Positions 36,206-46,974 of a DNA stretch of 57,274 nucleotides are shown one piece after another (position 1 is the stretch's first letter; each line of letters opens with the position of its first letter). This stretch comes from Phyllobates terribilis (taxonomy: Eukaryota), in the NCBI RefSeq assembly GCF_046119375.1, contig NW_027367524.1, positions 1-57,274 of the forward strand, written 5' to 3'. Below the pieces are notes generated by a model that saw only the letters and a program-made list of their open reading frames with translations, had not been told where the DNA came from and searched no databases. A program made the position numbers and the translations under genes.

Positions 36206-39200
36206 ATGGCTGCCAGCGATGAGTTTCGGTAAACTGATTAAATTGTTTGTTAGATATCGATCTTAATTTGTATATGAATGAGTGCTAAGGATCCTTAATG
36301 ATTCGTATATTTCTATTTTAATATCCTAGATTAGCTTGCTGTTGTTTAGAGCATGCATGTGATAGTTGATCATCCTTTACGGGTTCTGGCTAGTGTCGTT
36401 TAGGATGATGTCCGGTGTAATTGTGTTACAAACAAAACTCTTCTGTCAAACAAATATAATGTGGAGGGAGTAATAATTCAGAAGCCAGCAGAAGGAATTG
36501 GGAAATCAAAAGTGAAAGAACTTTTTTGGCTGAAATTAACTCTATGTTTTGAAAAACTTTGTACATAGAAACTCTCTATTTGAATCATGAACATAGAATT
36601 TTAATATATATTAAAATAAAATTATTTTATGCGATTTAGGATGGTAATGGGGTGGGGATCCCCGCTTTTCCATGGGAAATTCCCGTGACGGATACGGGGA
36701 TGAAGATCTTTAATAGGGATGGGTGAAAAATAAATCCCATAGGGATGGGTATGGGGCGGGGAATAGTGTTCCCGTCCCGATCCCGATTCCAATGGGGAAT
36801 CCTCGGCCCCGTGAGGAATCTACGATGGGAGAATTTTTGGAGAATACTCGATGGCAATCCCATGAAAAAATATTTTTCCATGTTTCTCTGTGTTAAATTA
36901 TAGTACTTTTCTATGTACGTTAATTATATTAGACTTCATTTAAGTTCACTTTTTCAATATTCTATTCTTAACTTTTTGTTCTTGATAATTGTTAATTACC
37001 TTTATTCTATATTGGTTTTTGTTCATATTTTTAATGGATATGTAGTAAGAAATTTGAAAATATAAACTAGGTAACGGGGATGGGGAATCCTAGATGCGGA
37101 CGGGGACCCGATAGAAACGTGTATGGGAAAAATAATTAACCCCCCGACGGGGATGGGAAAGGATATTGGGACTAAAAATCTAAACAAGGATGGGGATGGA
37201 GATGGAGATAGTACGTAGTCCTCGCCCGATTCCGCCCCATTGCCATCCCTACCAACATTGCTTATGTGTCAATTTCCTATTTGTAATACTATTCTCTCTC
37301 TTTTTATTAACTTTTTTTTCTTTTTTCATTATCTATATATTAAAGTTATAATTAAATATACTATTTTTTATTAATCAAATCTTATTAAATCTTATCCTTA
37401 ATCGATTTTTTATTTAATAACATATATGATTCCTAGACTCTCTAATTATATTAATATTTATAAATAAACTCTCACATTGCAGAAATAAATTGCTAAGATA
37501 ATTTTATTTTAATCTATTTAATTATTAAATTTAAATAATTTTTCTAAAAAATAAATTAATAATTAAAATGTTGGAAAATCTATTTATAAATTTGGATTAT
37601 TTTCAAGTTAAAAATTATAGCAGATATATAGACATATATTTTAGTATATAAATATTATTATAAATTACGTTCCTTACCTAAGAACCAAACTTTCCATAGT
37701 TTTTATTTTATGTTATATAAAAAATGAATCCAATTTTTGTGAAACTTTTTTAGTAAAATAAAAGTTTTACTTATATTAATATACTCTTTTCATATTAAAT
37801 ATTTTTAGAATGATAAATATTAACTACATAAATAAGTTTATAAAAAAAATTTAAAAAACTGATCTATAAAGAAAATAATTTAATTTTTTATTCTGATTTA
37901 GCGTTATAGAAGTTGGATCTTAGTTTGTTTTATAGAAGTTAAATTTAGAATCCTTTATTTTTATCTATTATTCAGATTATAGTAGTACTTTTCACCATGC
38001 GTCATTATTTTATCTATAATAACTATCCATCATCTTATCAAATTTACAATTTAATCAGATCTCGCATCTATAATAAATAGATAAATTTTGTTGTACAAAA
38101 TATTATTTATAACACTTATATTAAAATATTCTCATGCATGGAACGAGACATACGCTAATTAATTATGAAAAAATAAATTATTATTAAAATTGTCTCTATA
38201 TTATTATTTAAAACGCAACTTTAGTTTCAGTTGAACTAATTAAAAATGTTGGAATTCGGATATATTATACTTTGCAATTTGTTTCTTCACTTGGATTAGA
38301 ATAAAATGGCTTGACGATATAGTTTGAGGAGTTCATGGCAAGTTTCTTTCTCTTATGATATATACTAGTGTTGATCTAGGCTCCGTTCGGAAACACTTAG
38401 ATGAAATTTTTTTTCATCTAGATGAAAGGTGGTAGATGACAAAAATAGATGGAATGGTAGATGGAATTTAAGGTAAATGGAATTTTTTTCCATCTAGGAA
38501 TTGAGAGATAGAAAATTTAACAAAAATTAGATGGAAGTAGATGGAATTTACAAAAGGTAGATGGAAATTTCTATAGATGGAATTTTGCTCAAAAATGGCG
38601 TTCGGCAATGACCTAGATAGAAAAAGCTGAAATTATCCCAATTTCAGCTACTTTCATCTACTTCCATCTGATTTTAGTCATTACTGAACGGACCCCTACT
38701 AAAAAAGTTTAGCAAATTAAAAACCCGAACCATGTGTCTTGTAGTACGAGCAGAAGAAGTAAAAAAAGCATTGCTAGTAGATCAAATACTACAATTTATA
38801 GATCTTTGATTTGGTGAAATCTGAATACTTGAATGTCACTCCCTCCGTCCCAAAATTTAAGACTCATTTAGGATTCGACACTATTCATTATTGAAGCTAA
38901 TTTGTTCGATTCTCCTTAATGTATAAGGAAAAACATAGTCATGTGGAATCTTGTTTAATTCGTTTCTATGAGTACTTTAATAATATCAAAATTTTATAAT
39001 TTATAGTAATACACATTTAGAGATATTAACGATACAAAACACGTCACGGCAAATGTGAAAAGGCAAATGAATCTTAAATTTAGGACGGAGGGAGTATAAT
39101 TTAATATATAGGCATACATGCTTCTTTTCTTGGCAACTCACACACGGGGCAATAAAGACCAACTAATTGGTTACTGGTACTCACATGAAGAAAAAGTTTA

Positions 39201-40064
39201 TGGTAAAGACAACCTTATTGTATGGAATGCGAGCACTACTTCAACTATGAAATCAAATTTTAGTATCTTATATATGAATCTAGGGTACTATTGTGAACCT
39301 AAGTTGTTGTACCGAGCCTATTACAGCTTACTGCAACGATTTTAAATTGCATCATTGTTTTATATTCACGACTTAATACTCTAATTAAAACGATATTTTT
39401 TTAACTCATTCTAAACAGTCCTATGAAATATACTACCTCTAGTTAGGCTTCATCTTGAACAAGTTTAAGTCCACCCTTTGGCTTGATTAACTAACCATCA
39501 AACAAACCAGGCTAGTGTCTCCTTCATTCGAGCACGAGGGACGGTTCCCAAGAAAGCACACCCAAGAAGGGCAAGGGGCACAGACCAACATCTCGCCCCC
39601 GCTGGAGTGGTACAACGTACCAGAGGGGACCAAGTCGTTGGCCCTAGTGGTCCAAGATATCGACGCCCCCTCCCTAGGAGGGGCCACTGTGCCGTGGACC
39701 CACTGGGTCGTCGAGAACATCCCTCCGACCCTCAAGGGCTTGCCGGAGGGCTACTCTTCCATGAAAGACGAACTCGGGGGAGAATTTGACGGCATAAAGG
39801 AGGGGATTAACGACTGGAAAGTGCTTGGTTGGCGTGGCGGGACGCTGCCTAGCCATGGCCATAGGATTGAGTTTAGGCTCTATGCTTTGGATGATTACAT
39901 CAATGTCGGAAACAAGGTAAGTCAAAATGATACCTCATGATATTGTCTTTGCAGATTTTATATGGAGTTTTTTCTTGGGTTTATTGCAGGTGACTAGGGA
40001 CAAGTTACTGGAAGCCATGAATGGCCATATTCTCGGAGAGGCGGTTCTCATAGCCATCTTTTGA
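36206..40064 (+). CDS. YbhB/YbcL-like PEBP family protein (At5g01300-type), 167 aa
   Basis: Exons 36206-36228 (MAASDEF-R), 39511-39916 and 39990-40064, GT-AG and phase-compatible. Gives MAASDEFRLVSPSF...ISPPLEWYNVPEGTKSLALVVQDIDAP...WTHWVV...GHRIEFRLYALD...GHILGEAVL. Confidence 0.9.
36637..37251. mobile_element. hAT-type MITE in PEBP intron 1
   Basis: Termini taggatggtaatgggg / ccccattgccatcccta with many ggggatggg subterminal motifs; TSD not conserved. Confidence 0.75.
37332..38158 (+). mobile_element. Non-autonomous Helitron (putative)
   Basis: A|TCTATATATTAAAG 5' end; degenerate hairpin ctcatgcatggaacgag followed by CTAA|T at the 3' end; very AT-rich interior. Confidence 0.5.
38379..38695. 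mobile_element. Tourist/PIF-Harbinger MITE
   Basis: TIR ggctccgttc / gaacggaccc, 3-bp TSD CTA on both sides, internal tagatggaa repeats. Confidence 0.75.
38839..39094. mobile_element. Stowaway MITE
   Basis: ctccctccgtccc ... ggacggagggag termini; right flank TA, left flank CA. Confidence 0.85.
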
Positions 40065-40225
40065 AGCTCTATACTGTTAATTTGTAGTTGATGAGAAAAA
40101 AAGAAAGTTCACTGCGGACGTTATGTTTCATTTGTACTGTATCAAAAGATGAGAATTCCGAGCTAATAATATGTCCTGAATCACATAATCTGACCTCTTC
40201 ATTGAAGTGTCATTTGGTGAGTTGT

Positions 40226-40644
40226 GGGTATTTACTATTTAGTACCTCTTATTATATATTATAAAGATTCTGTTTTTTATTTCTGACATTTAATACATAT
40301 TCTAATTTTCTTTTAGTTTTTTTATCATTTAAATTTTATATAGTTAATATATATTTACATTTTCAATCCACTTTTATATATACTATCTCCTTCTTTTCTC
40401 TATCTCCTCTAATTATTAGTCCCTTCATCTAAACAAGAAGGGTATTTACTATTTAGTACCTCTTATTATATATTATAAAGATTTTGTTTTTTATTTCTGA
40501 CATTTAATACATATTCTAATTTTTTTTTAGTTTTTTTATCATTTAAATTTTATATAGTTAATACATATTTACATTTTCAATCCACTTTTATATCCTCCTT
40601 TTCTCTATCTCCTCTAATTATTAGTCCCGTCATCTAAACAAGAA
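40226..40644. repeat. Tandem duplication of an AT-rich unit of about 210 bp
   Basis: Unit starting gggtatttactatttagtacctc at 40226 recurs at 40440 with few differences. Confidence 0.85.
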
Positions 40645-41130
40645 TACTACCAATGCACCTTTCTATTATAAATATCTTTATTTATATATTATTAAAAATT
40701 ATGAAACTTTCATATTATTATTATTAAAACACTTGTTAAAACAAATAGAACATTATCAAAATGACTTTCATATATATTAATTAAAATCAAAACAAATCCC
40801 GCATAATTTTGGATAGTTACACAAGTCGAACTCGGAAAAAAGAAAATATAATATTCACTTTATTCCCTTCTTGTCAGTTTTTTTTCTTCTTCTTAATTTT
40901 CTTCTTCTTTATAATTTGTCTTAATAATGTCAAAGGATTTTATAATATTTCATCTCTTTATTATCTTCCCACTAGCATTCCAAAATTATTTTCCAATTTC
41001 TAGATACAATTCACAACCGCATTAACAATTTTTAATACACTTTTACTCTATCTCTATCTCATTAATTATAAACTTCCTGACAAGGGTCAGGAATGCTCAG
41101 TCCAAATCCAGAAACCGCTTTTCCTATTTT

Positions 41131-44100
41131 TTTTATTTTTTTTTGAACAAGTAATACAAAGGTCAATCTTCTAGAGAAGATGACCTAAATCATCAAAGCG
41201 GATGATCTTTACAAATTCCCAAATTCGAGAGGGACACTGTTGGTGTAATGAATCTAGCCTATCACACATAATGATGGAATTATAATTCTTGACAACTTCC
41301 GAGAGGAATGGTTGTTTCCATCTGAATTTCGCTAGAAAATCTTCAGCTTGGTTGCCGGAACGTTTGATGTGATTGAACTTTATAGCCTGGATTGTTGAAC
41401 TTAACTTGTGAGTTTCTTGTATGATAGAGTTGATTTCCCAGGGCACTTTTTTGTACGCTTCAGACTGTTGATAACTGTGAGATTGTCACCTTCGACGATG
41501 ACAAAACGGAGCCCCAAGCCCACAACAGCTTTAACAGCAGCAAGCGCGGCTAAAGCTTCGGCTTGGAGAGCATTAAAGGTATAAATACCTTTAGTGTCAG
41601 CATGTATAATATCCCCAGAATGGTTTCTAATAATATAAGCGATATATCATTACTGGTCTTTATAAGAGGCATCGAAGTTGATTTTAACCCAATTACGAGG
41701 AGGTTTTTTCCAACAATGATAGAGTTAAAGAGATTGACTCTGTTGTTGTCGTTGATTCTAAAAATAATATTGTTTCTGGTTTGCCACACATTCCACCATA
41801 TGAAAAAGGCCAGAGGAAGATTGGTGTTACAGTTTCTAAAGTTATGTAGAGAGGTTAAAAAATCTCCAGAATCATTTTCTTTCCAACCAAAAGAATAAGT
41901 CTAATGTAAAGGAGCAGTTGAAGAAAATATGATTAGTAGTCTCATTCGCATTAAGACAAACCCCAAGCCCACAGATTCTCTGAAATCACAGTTTTAGTAA
42001 ACGATGCTGAAAAGGGTAGTGACACTGATCAGAGACTCGGTGAAAGAATCTATTTAGCCTTTCGGTAATAGGAAGGCAGTCAGCACATGCTTTCCAAAGA
42101 AATTTTTTAATCTTCGGAGGAAGATCAAGATTCCAATAATTAAAGGGAAGTGAAACATTTCCAAAACTACGAGAGGCTAAGAAAGCCGATTGCGAAGAGA
42201 ATTCCCCAGAATTAGATGGGGCCCAAATAATTATATCTTTTGTAGGAAAACGGGGGATATAAACAGACTTGATTTGATCCACCATATAATAAGGAAAAAT
42301 CGAATTAAGCAGATCCGTATTCCAATGTCTATCCGGGGTCAAGAAAAAATCAAGAGTAGCGTTTCTGTCATTAGAACCTAAGAATGAGGATAGGTCAAGA
42401 TTGGGATGCCAGTTATCAATCCAAAATTTAATTGAGGAACCGGTACCCACCTGCCATTTTATAAGAGATTTAAATTTATCACGAATAGAGAGAAGTCGGT
42501 TGAACTGCCAGGAATAAGAAGGCTTTTTATCAACATTAAGGATATCATTGTTGACGAGATATTTTTCATAAATTATTGAAGACCACAAAGAGTTCGGGTT
42601 TTTCAAAATATTCCAAAGAAGTTTCATCTGCAAAGTTTCATTATTTTCCTGGGCAAGACGCAGGCCAACGCCGCCTTCGTCTTTAGGTTTACAAATTTTA
42701 TCCCAACTGATCAGAGGGTGGAAATTCGCAGATTGTTTGTTCCAGAAGAATTTCTTGTGAATGCCGTCAATGTCAAGACAAAGACCTTTTGGAAGAAGAA
42801 AGCACTGCATCAAATAATTGAGTTTTGACGAGAGGTTTGTCTGAATTAATTGTATTCTGCCTGCTTGTGATAGGGTGTTAGCTTTCCATTTAGCTAATTG
42901 TTTTTTAAGATTGGTAATGTATTCTTCAAAAAGATTTTTACAAACTCTACCATTAACTATTGGGATCCCTAGGTATTTTTCTAACTTAGTGGTGATAGGA
43001 ATATTTAGATGAGATGCTAAGTTAATTTGAGAGTTACGCGGGAGACCTTTAGATAATTGGATAGAGCTTTTGTTAAAATTAATAGTTAGTCCACTTTGTC
43101 TAGAGAATTTTTGAAGGAAATTTTTAATGAATTCTAAATTTTGCATATTTGCTTCCGCAAAAATAATAGTATCATCGGCAAAACTAAGAAAAGGAATGGT
43201 ACTACCGTTAGGACAAGCCTGATTCCAATGTGACGAGCTAGTAGAGCAGCTGCAATTGTCATTGATCTAGCAAGAAATTCCATGGCCAAGATAAAGAGGA
43301 AAGGGGCAATCGGGTCTCCTTGTCGTAAACCACATGTCGGAGAAAATTCAGTACCAGGTTGGTTATTAACTAGAACGGAGATTCGAGGAGTAGTAATACA
43401 TTGTTTAATGAGTGCAATCCATTTATCTGAGAAGCCAAATTTGTTTAGAACTTTGAATAAGAAATGTCAATCTACTTTATCATAGGCTTTTTCCATATCT
43501 ATTTTGATAGTCATAAGGTTATTCTTCTTCTTATTGTGCTTGTGAAATGTGTGAAAGATTTCATGAGCAGCTAGAATGTTATCATGGATAATTCGGCCTT
43601 CCACAAAACCACTTTGGAAGGGAGAAATAATATTCGGAAGTAACGTTTTTAGTCTATTAGCAAGAATTTTTGAAATTATTTTATAAGAAGAGTTACAAAG
43701 GCCAATAGGTCTATAATCATTAATAGTAATATGAGAGTCCTTCTTAGGGATTAGAGCTATAAATGAATAATTCCAATGTGCTAGAAGATGTCCTGAATGA
43801 AAAAAGGCTTTAATAGCTTCAAAAAACGATCGATGGGTATATTTCCAGAATTTTTTATAGAAGTCAATAGGAAAACCATCAGGACCCGGAGTTTTATCTG
43901 AGGGTTGATCAAAAACTGCAGTTTTGACTTCATTTAAGGTTGGGGTTTTTGTGAGGAAAGAATTTTCTTCATCAGAAATTATAGTTGGGATAATGGATAA
44001 TTCGTCAGTGGAAATGTATGAGGTTGGGCTGGAAGTTAAACGTTTGGCTAACTCAATAGTGATAGCTTCAGAGATGTCTTCCTGAGAATAAAGAGTTCTA

Positions 44101-46667
44101 TTATCTGTAGTCTGAAAAGAGTGAATTGCTTGACGATAAGTTCTAATTTTTGCTATAGAGTGAAAGTATTTGTTATTTTGATCATTAAAAGCATGGTGTT
44201 TTAATTTAGATCTTCTTTTCCAATAATTGTTGTGAAACTTAAGAAGGGACGAATGTCGCAAAGTATGATTGTTGATTTTATTCTTAAGGTAATTATTCGA
44301 GGGATCTTGGAGGAATTGAAGATATAATTCTTGAAGTTTCTTTTCCGAGGATACGAATTGCGTAAAATTATGATTGGTATTTCTTTTAGCCCAGCATTTA
44401 GCATAGGATTTTAAGAGCCGCAACTTTTGAGAGAATTTAAACATATATGATCCTTTAATGGAGTACTTCCAAACTTTGGAGACCAGGGCTTCAAAAGATT
44501 TATAATCTGACCAATCTTGTTCATATCTAAAAGGGAGCTTAATAGTTGTGGATTTGTTACCCAACGAAAAGGTGATTAGACGGTGATCCGATGAGGAAAA
44601 CGGATGATGCTTGACCATATTATCATTAGAAAAGGAGGTAAGAGAAGCGTGAATAAGAACACGATCCAAACGTTCATATATATTGTGGTCAAGTTGTCTA
44701 GTTTTTTCTCCAGGTGAAGGGAAAACCTTCAAATTTAGTGTCAGTTAATCCAAGATCAGTAATAAGGTCATTTAAACGATTAAAGTTTCTCGAAAAAGGA
44801 TCAAAACCTCCTAATTTATCCAGAGGGGAGAGAATGTCATTGAAATCCCCCATTAACAAAGAAGGAAGGTGAAGATCCATAATTTCGTTTTGACAAAATG
44901 CCAGTAATCATTTTTTAGGTGATCTTTCGAGGGAGCATAGAGGAAAACCATAATAAAGTTAAGATTATTAAGATTGCAATGCAGGAAAATCGTATTGTTA
45001 ATCGATTTATGTTTAGTGATAGTACGAGTGGTGCAAGAGTTTTTAATAAGTACCCATAACCACCTTTGGTTCCTTCGGCAGGGCACGAAAAGCATTTATC
45101 AAAACCTAATCTCTTAATTTCATCAGTATTTGGTTTATCCATAGTTTTGGTTTCTGAAAGGCTAAGTATGTCTAGTCTATTAAGCTTTTGAATATATTTG
45201 ATTTCGAGAGCGAAAGTAGGTCGATTAATACCTCTAACATTCCAATAACCTATATTCATAAAATAATAATTGTGAAGCCTACTACAGACTTGTTAGTGTT
45301 ACACAACTTAATTTCGGGCCCAATGTCTGATATCAAAAAGAAAGCCCACCAAGGCCCTTTTGTAAGAAGAGCACAATGGACATTCAAAAATCGCGAAGTA
45401 GAGATATTTTCATACTTGAATGTCAAAATTAAATTGAGTTTTTTTAAGGTCTGAGTTTCAATAACCCCATCGTCCAAAATCAGCCAAGAAGCCCATAAAG
45501 GCCCTTCAGAAATCGGAAAATGGGGGATATTAAAATAATTTGAACTAAAATTGAATCCTGCAAAATAAATTTTGAAGCATACATTCATCTGACGGGTTCT
45601 ATAATGACAGTTAATAGTCGAGGTATATAAAAGATTGTCAAGATCAATTCTGCCAATAATTTGCAAAGAGCAAAATGAAAACACCTGCAAATTCCAAGGC
45701 GCTTCATAAGTTGTATATTTACGTTTCAAATTTTCATGGCTTTCGCCTAGTAACAATTGGCTTTCGCCTACAAACATATGGGTTTCCCCAGAAAAAGAAA
45801 GACAATAACAAAGATGAACCGACAACTGATCATAAAGCAAGAGCAAGTAGTTGGAATTAGAATGTCTAATACAATACTAATGACAACTGACAGAGCTTAT
45901 ACTAACTTCAAGGAAGTATGGAGAAGAACAAAAACAAAGGAGAGACCAACTTACCTGCGGGGTGAAACCACACTGAAGAGGAAGGCATGATAAATACTGG
46001 CTATGGGGAACGGGAGCAGGCGAGTGTCGAAAGGATCGGAACAAAAATAGAGGTTGCGCCTGAGCACCACAGAGCCCGAGCGAGGCTGGATCCGTCAGAG
46101 AAAGGGCCACCCAGAAGCAAAGGGGAACGCCACCAAGATCCGGAGAAGACCACCAGTCGCCAACGACGACGACAAGGGAGCAAACCCCGAGGGAAAACAT
46201 CCGACTGCAGCCAGGCGAAAGCGCAGACGACCACCACTGAAAACTAATCGGAGAAAGCGAGGAGGCTGGGTCAGCAAGGGAGAGGAGAGGAGGAGCTGCG
46301 CCAGGCGGAGGCCAGCTGGGACGGCACCGGAAAACAGGAGAAACGGCCAGAGAAACCGCGAGGGACGCCGTCATTGACGGAGCCGGAGAAGAGGGGGAAG
46401 GGCGCTGGAGCTGCCATCTAAAGGAGGAAACAGGGAAGGAGAACTCAATCGGACAGCAGACCGCCGGAAAATCAAGGAAGAAGGGAAGATTTGTGTGGCG
46501 ACTGATATGGGTGGTTCTGATATTAGGGTTTGGAAGGGAGAATTTCAAAGGGAGAGTTTCCATCTTCCCCTCAATGACTTAAAAGTTAAATACTTCTACA
46601 ATTGGCAAATCCGTATTTCTATAGTGACTAAATGGGTGCAATCTTGGCGACTGTGTTGACTACTATT
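41131..46667 (-). mobile_element. L1-clade LINE with ORF2 (EN-RT-RNase H) and no recognisable ORF1
   Basis: Poly(A) remnant at about 41131-41144; 17-bp TSD ACCGCTTTTCCTATTTT (41114-41130 and 46668-46684) at a TTTT/AA site. Confidence 0.92.
41171..45259 (-). pseudogene. LINE ORF2, frameshifted
   Basis: MNIGYWNVRG and LSETK (APE endonuclease), GDFN, TPGPDGF, YRPIGLCN, DMEKAYDKV, GLRQGDPIAPFLF, FADD, a zf-RVT-like region, and RNase H (WVKINFDAS; HIKRSGNQ). Multiple stops and frameshifts. Confidence 0.92.
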
Positions 46668-46974
46668 ACCGCTTTTCCTATTTTAAATGACGATTTCCCG
46701 AGGAGATTGTATGCAATGCTTTCATATATCCCACATGACGTCAAAAATAGTACCTCAACATAAAATAAAAATAAAAAAAGCAGATCGAATGAAGCAAGAT
46801 GATTATTCTGCAATAGTAAGATACTCCTTCCAGTACATACGCTGGGATACAGGTAAGTCCAGCTTCAACATAAAAACAGTCCACCTCCAACAGACATCAA
46901 GTCACGCCAATTAACCGTATCATCTCGCAAGTCAAGTTCTAGTTATAACCACCAACTATATAGCAAACACAACC

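Noticed and set aside
45877-46563. 228-aa ORF as LINE ORF1
   Set aside because: Low-complexity S/P/L-rich translation of GC-rich DNA with no RRM, DUF4283 or zinc knuckle; overlapping ORFs occur in several frames.
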